64,000 nt of DNA, taken from assembly GCA_964106915.2 (NCBI GenBank), contig OZ066927.1; one strand, written 5' to 3'. The translations under genes were made by a program, and so were the position numbers. Below, piece after piece: positions 58,482 to 64,000 of the stretch. Numbering within the stretch: the stretch's first letter is position 1; each line of letters starts with the position of its first letter. Source of the stretch: Podarcis gaigeae. Its lineage: Eukaryota. A model generated the notes under the pieces. The model was not told where the DNA came from. It saw only the letters and a program-made list of their open reading frames with translations, and made no database searches.

Positions 58482-60792
58482 TATTCTTTTTCATGCTTCC
58501 TGGGCAAAGAAGAGCAACATGTCTACGTAGTTTCTCTTGCTGTGGCAGCGCCAATCAGCCACTCATGGCTGGTGGGCACACACAGTCACAGCAGTAGCTA
58601 AAGCAGACTGTTTGGTGCCTTCCAGATATTTTGGACCACAACTCTCATCAGTTGTCACCTGGGACCAATAGGAGTTGTGGTCCAAAACATATGGAGGGTA
58701 CCAGATTGGGGAGCCACTATACAGTGGCTTTTAGAAAGGGGCAGGCAAGACCCCCTCACCTCTAAATTATCCCCAGTTCCATAGTTCCTGGTGTGTGTGT
58801 GTGTGTGGGGGATACACTCTTTTCTTCAACTGTTTTTTTACAACATTCCTGGCTTCTTAGAATCTCAATACTGCACTGAGGGAGCCCCACTGCTTTCACG
58901 AGACCCCAATTCCATGGGTTCTGGGAGGGGTCTCGGAAGCTGCAACAGCTTTAAAATGAGTTGGTCTGTTACTGGTGACACCTCTTAACTCTGATCCTAG
59001 TAGTTCATCTCTTTTATAGCAATATATTAGTTTTCTGTATATACACATATGTCGGTATGTACACGAGTCAGCTGAATCAACAAGGAACACGGGGTGCGGT
59101 TTGAGGGGTGCTGGCAAGCGGGTTGTCCATCTGGAGGGGTTTCTTGGCCCCAATGTGAGCCGTAAAAAGGTATACAGTGCTCTCAAAGGCGTTTTAACTG
59201 TCACTGGTTCCTCCTGCAAAGAACTCTGGGAGCTGTAGTACACTGTGTAGAAGTGTCCCCTGCTTCCTCAAACTAACTTCCAGTTCCCACAGTTTCTTGG
59301 CTGGGAGACACACCCATTAAAAAGGTCTGGGGATTTTGTTTTGTTTAAAGTGCAGTGTAGACACACTCAAAAGAAAACGATACCACTGTCAAAAAACACA
59401 GCTTTCTTTTAGAAAAGAGAGATGGGGGAGAGGGGGGTGGTCAGACCTCTTGACTCTGTAATCTGTTGATCCTGGTTTTCATTAGAGTTGGATAGGGATG
59501 CCAGATTCAAAAGAACAATGCAGCCCAAAAAGATGTGTTCAGATTAGTTATTTGCCCCAATGGCAATTTTCCGCCGTGCTCCATGCTGATGTTTTGCTGC
59601 TGTGCTGTCTGCACTGGGTGGCTCAGCACACAGCTAATCTTCAGCGTGGACAACATGCACGTACCATGGCTGTTTCAAAAGCAGGGGCACAATCTTGCTG
59701 TACTCTCAGCTGGCTAGCTAGAGGCATGTCCGCACAGGGGTTTCTCCATGGACACTCAAGCGTGCTCATTCAGCATCCCTTCTACATCTCATCTGCCCCA
59801 AGTGGCAGAACTGCGGCATTACAAGATGGAAGGGTCCACAAAACTGCAGCCAACACTACATTCCTCTCCCCCACCCAGATTTTCGGTTGTGCCCTAAGCT
59901 GTTCCCATGCTGACATGGCCTAGGATGGGGAACCAGTGGTCCCCCAGAAGTTACTGGACTCCAAGCAGGGCCAACGACTCAGGATGATGGGGGAAGGGAA
60001 ATGGATACTGTTATGCTGCCAATGTGGGGATCCATACCACATTTTTAAACCATACCTTTTCCACTTTAACAGCCATGGCTTCCCCCAAATAATCTTGGGA
60101 ACTATTGTTAGTTAAGGATGCTGCGAGGGGTCTCCTAATAACCCTGGGCAGCCTTAACCAACTACAGTTCCTAGGATTCTTTGAGGGAAGCCATGAGGGA
60201 TAAGGGAGCTTTAAATGGATGCTGGGAATGTGAGTGAAATCAAGAAGGTTCACTCCAAGCCTCACAAAGCCAGCTGGATTTTTCACAAAATGGGTTTTCA
60301 AAGCAACTGATGCATGGATAAAATTAAAAAAACAAAAAAACAATTAGAACAGATCCACTTTTCAATCTGAGGCAGAGGGTGCAAACATTTCCCCAGAAGT
60401 CAAAACAAGCGAGGGCAAAAAGTTGATCTGAATTTTGTCCTGATAACCTATGAAACAACCAGGTCGCTCCTCTCCCAAGTTCCATGCACCCCTCAAAAAA
60501 TAAAAAAACAAACAAACAAACAAACAAACAAACTTACTGTTACACAGTGGTTCAAATCCAGGAATACAAGAAAAATTAAAATTTAAACATCTTTTAAATA
60601 GCTTATAGGACATTTCCTATAAGAGCAAAGTGCTTTGTTTACACCTCCTTTTAAGACAAAAACAAAAAAGATCCTTAGACATGAATTATTTTTAACATAA
60701 CAGAGCAATGAGAAACTTCATCTTCCTTAACTAAATCAACTTTGGAAAAGGAAAAAAAAAGGGGGGTGGAGAGCAGGAAAGCGGCTGGGATT

Positions 60793-60892
60793 TCACTCTT
60801 TTGGCACTTTGAAGTTGTCCTTCTCTTTCCGGATGGCACCCATTGTCCGGATGGGGTCTCCTTCCCTGGCATGTTGCTGCACTGTCGGCTCC
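60793..60892 (-). CDS. HAGH: HAGH terminal coding exon
   Basis: ggcag|G GAG CCG..GAG TGA; 100 nt. Confidence 0.93.
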
Positions 60893-63243
60893 CTGCCAAA
60901 AGAAGGAAAATGTCGCATGTAGGTGACAGGAGATAACAGGCTATTTGGTTTGTTGAAAATGGAATATCTACGGCACCATCTGCTCCATTCTTTTACAGAA
61001 CTGTGATCCACTTTAAGCAATCATGGCTTCAACGGTAGTTTGTTCAGGGTGCTGGGAACTGTAGCTCTGTGAGGAGTTTCCTAACAACTTTCCAATCCAG
61101 TCACAGCTCAGTTGGAGGAGAGGCATGCTGGCTGACAGACAAGCCATGCTGCTCAACAAACAGCTGCTCCCAGGATTCTTTGGGGGAAGCCATGACTGTT
61201 TGAAGTGGCCCTTTAAATGTATGGTGTGAATATGGTCCAAGTTATTTTGTTCAGAGAATTCCACAAGCACCTCTACCTGGGAGTAAAAAATACAATGGGT
61301 ATTCTACTCAGAAAGTTCTTCCACTGAAAGAAATGGACCTAGGTTAGCCATGTCCATTAATTTCAATGGTTCTACTCCGAGTATCCATACAGTTTTGGAA
61401 AACTAATATTACCTAGAGACTGTTGCATGTGATTATGGACACGCCCAGTGTTGCATATGCACAACACTGTTGTAAGCCACAACCAGACAACAAGCACAAT
61501 GAAGGAAGATGGAGGGTCCAGGACACTCATTCTGACTTTATGGATGCAACTACCACCAGGTTGTGAAAAACTGCCTGTTTAGCTGGCTCATAAGAAGCAA
61601 CTCAACACATGTATGTATGGCAATCTTTTCTTTTGGCCTGGGGGCCGCATTGACCCTTGGCTAACCACCTAAGGGCCACATGCACACACACAGCCCCTCT
61701 GCAACAGCTGGAGGAGCTTCCTGCCCTTCTGTGCTCCTCAAATGATCAAAGTGATGACTGGGATGGGGCTGTTTTGCATACTCATTAAGGCGCTGGACTT
61801 CAACTCCCCCATCCCAGTGCTGTGCCTGCTTAAAAATAATGTATAATTTTCAAAAATAGACAAATATAGTTCTTAGATGCAGGACATCAGCAAATTAAGA
61901 TTTTTTCCCATCTCACGAAACCAGTTCCACTCAAGCCATGGACCCACAGCCGCAGTTCCTCAGAATGCAGGATACCCTTCCCCACACCTTCTCCTTCCCA
62001 ATGCGTCATCCTCAAACACAAATTACCTGACTCTCATGAACGGGTTGTAGGTGAATTCTTCGCCAATGGTCGACGGGATGGTCGGCTCCCCACCATCGTA
62101 TTTTGCCTAGGGGAATCATAAATTGCAGAGTTGGAAGGGATCCAAAGGTTTATCGAGTCCAACCCCACTGCAAGGAGACATCCAAAAGTGCTTTGGGATA
62201 TGCCTACACCTACTGATCCTGAATGTTCAGTTTTCATCCACTAGAAATTTTGGAAACTACTCTATCTGTTCAAGATGCATTTGGATATTTAAGGTATCCA
62301 ACCAAATGTTGCATGATGGTGCCTGAGATCAAAGAGCAGGTGCTCATAGAATCATAGAATTGCTAATGCTCTGCAATGCAGGAATCATAGCTAAAGAATC
62401 CCTGACAGATGGCTAATTAAGCTCTTTTTAAAAACCTCCAGTGAAGGAGCATCACCACCTTCCAATATTCCTCCAAGTTTGGATACAACTGAATGTCATT
62501 TTGAAACAAGATGACAGACTTGAACCTTTTAAAACTAGTTTTTACCTAAGTTTTTGATTATGATTCCTGAGATCAATGTGCAGTTTTTTGTCTACATTTG
62601 GATACAACTGGACGCTATTTTGAATCAAGATGGTGAAATGCATTTTTCAAAAGTGTCGTCTTTAACATAGTGATTTCATCAAAATGATCTTTTGGTTTCT
62701 TGGGATTCCCAAGCTAGCCTGGGTACAAGGCTGCTGGTGAAAAATAGCATTATAAACCCCTGACCCTTTTTCTAAGGGAGGTGAAAGAAATGGAAAAACA
62801 GCTCCCGCCTTCCAGAGATCTAGCCAATGACAGCAAAGGCACTCAGACAGCCGTCACTTTTGGAAAAAACAGTATTCCATTTGACGAAGGCTCTGTTGAC
62901 ATTAGAACTTGCATTGTTTGCTCAATGTTCAGTTACCTGCCATGCCCACCCACCTATAATGAGTCATTAGCCCTCACCCTCCCAACCCCTGCAAAACCCA
63001 CCCCTGCCCATTTTGGCTACAGGTCTGGACTAGATAAAGGAATCAAACTGGAACTGCCTATCCCAATGGCATGGAGTGCAGAAGGGAACAGAGGCTGCCC
63101 ACTGACTGCTCTCCTCTCCAGGAATGAGAAGCCCATCTTGCCTTTGCCCAGGAAAGTTTTCGCTGGATCGCGCTGTTGTTGGGCTCAACATGCCGGGCAA
63201 ACTTTAAGTTGTTGATGGTGTATTCGTGACCACAGTAGACTTT
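60793..63243 (-). CDS. HAGH: Hydroxyacylglutathione hydrolase (glyoxalase II), last three coding exons; 5' part lies beyond the window
   Basis: complement join(63142-63243,62027-62106,60793-60892): [34 protein letters not shown] / [26 protein letters not shown] / [36 protein letters not shown]. Resembles the HAGH C-terminus as I recall it, not HAGHL. Confidence 0.93.
62027..62106 (-). CDS. HAGH: HAGH penultimate exon
   Basis: cctag|GCA..AG|gtaatt; 80 nt. Confidence 0.93.
63142..63243 (-). CDS. HAGH: HAGH exon (antepenultimate), GC donor
   Basis: ttccag|AAA..AAG|gcaaga; 102 nt. Confidence 0.92.
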
Positions 63244-63467
63244 CTGGAAAGGAAGGAAGAAGAGGAGGAAGGCAGTTAAAAGTCACTGAAGGCCATAAGG
63301 GCAGTAGCTCAGTGGTAGAGCATCTGCTCTGCAGGCAGAAGGTCCCCAGTTCAATCCTCAATAGGACTGGGAAAGTAGAAGGACTCAGTAGAATGCAGCT
63401 TCCTATTTAAAGCAGCCATTTGTTCAGAGCCATGGGGGCTGGAACTTTTCTGTATTTTTAGGGAAAA

Positions 63468-63640
63468 GAACATAGCTCAGGGGTAGAGCTTTGCATGCAG
63501 AAGGTCTCAGGCTCAAACCCAGACATCTCCAGGGTTGGGAATGTCCCCTGCCTGAAATCCTGGAGGGCTGCTGCCAGTCAGTGTCAACAGTACTGAGCTG
63601 TATGGACCACTGGTTCTGTCTCAGTGTAAGGCAGCTTCCC
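63468..63640 (+). mobile_element. Abundant tRNA-derived SINE
   Basis: TAGCTCAG-GGTAGAGC head and GCTGCTGCCAGTCAGTGT body. Copies near 8280, 17510, 24190, 28480, 28650, 36920, 41500, 46130, 51035, 52040, 63295. Confidence 0.75.
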
Positions 63641-64000
63641 ACACCCCTAAGTTGCAAGACAACCGCTTTTTGTGCCTAATTCTGAGGTTTTCAGCAGACC
63701 GTCATGCTGAAAGAAAAAGATGATCCTGGTCAGGCACCTTGCTGCTTTGCTTGATGCTCACATAACTTTACTCTCAACTCTGTCCCTTTGCTAGCCAGTT
63801 GATGGAGGGGCGCCCACCCATTTTTCCTCTGGTGCCAAGCCACTTCCTTTGTTCCCTTAATGGTCTATTACCCAGGCTATCAGGAAGTTAGCCTGGCTAT
63901 TCCAGGAATTAGAGGGGTCTCAGCATGCAGCCCACTCCCCCCCCCATCTCACAACAATATATACCTGATGGTTCTGAGGTGAGCAGCTTCTCCAGCCAGC

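Noticed and set aside
60793-63243. HAGHL call based on human synteny
   Set aside because: Residues and C-terminal length fit HAGH better.
63295-63365. tRNA gene
   Set aside because: A/B-box-like head lacks a complete acceptor stem and matches a multi-copy SINE in this window.
310-63679. Most short ORFs in the supplied track
   Set aside because: Intronic or repeat-derived, or they merely overlap real exons in the same or another frame.

Overview
Vertebrate genomic DNA from a squamate reptile, probably a lacertid lizard (Sauria SINE with ACCTTT tail, Bov-B 3' end, lizard-type L1/L2 fragments, many MITEs). Three genes are present. (1) 1454-45819 (+): the 3' part of a very large secreted/GPI-anchored gene, tentatively mesothelin/otoancorin/stereocilin-like. 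By hand I reconstructed 38 internal GT-AG exons (5704 nt, 1901 codons, one open frame). They form about ten tandem ~200-aa modules, each encoded by the same four-exon cassette A-B-C-D with junction phases 0-2-1-0. The gene ends in TWO paralogous, in-frame, alternative last exons (39733-40691, ~319 aa; 42020-45819, ~1266 aa). Each encodes a Gly/Thr/Ala/Ile 8-residue-periodic stalk with its own GPI-type signal. A possible third, unanchored end arises by read-through at 33295-33381. (2) 49304-56838 (+): complete 11-exon CIAO3/NARFL (480 aa) with a CpG-rich promoter. (3) 60793-63243 (-): the last three exons of HAGH (glyoxalase II), with a GC-AG intron. The most interesting system is the modular giant ectodomain with a duplicated, length-switchable GPI stalk. 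All exon calls come from splice signals, reading frame and internal homology only; no transcript or database evidence was available.
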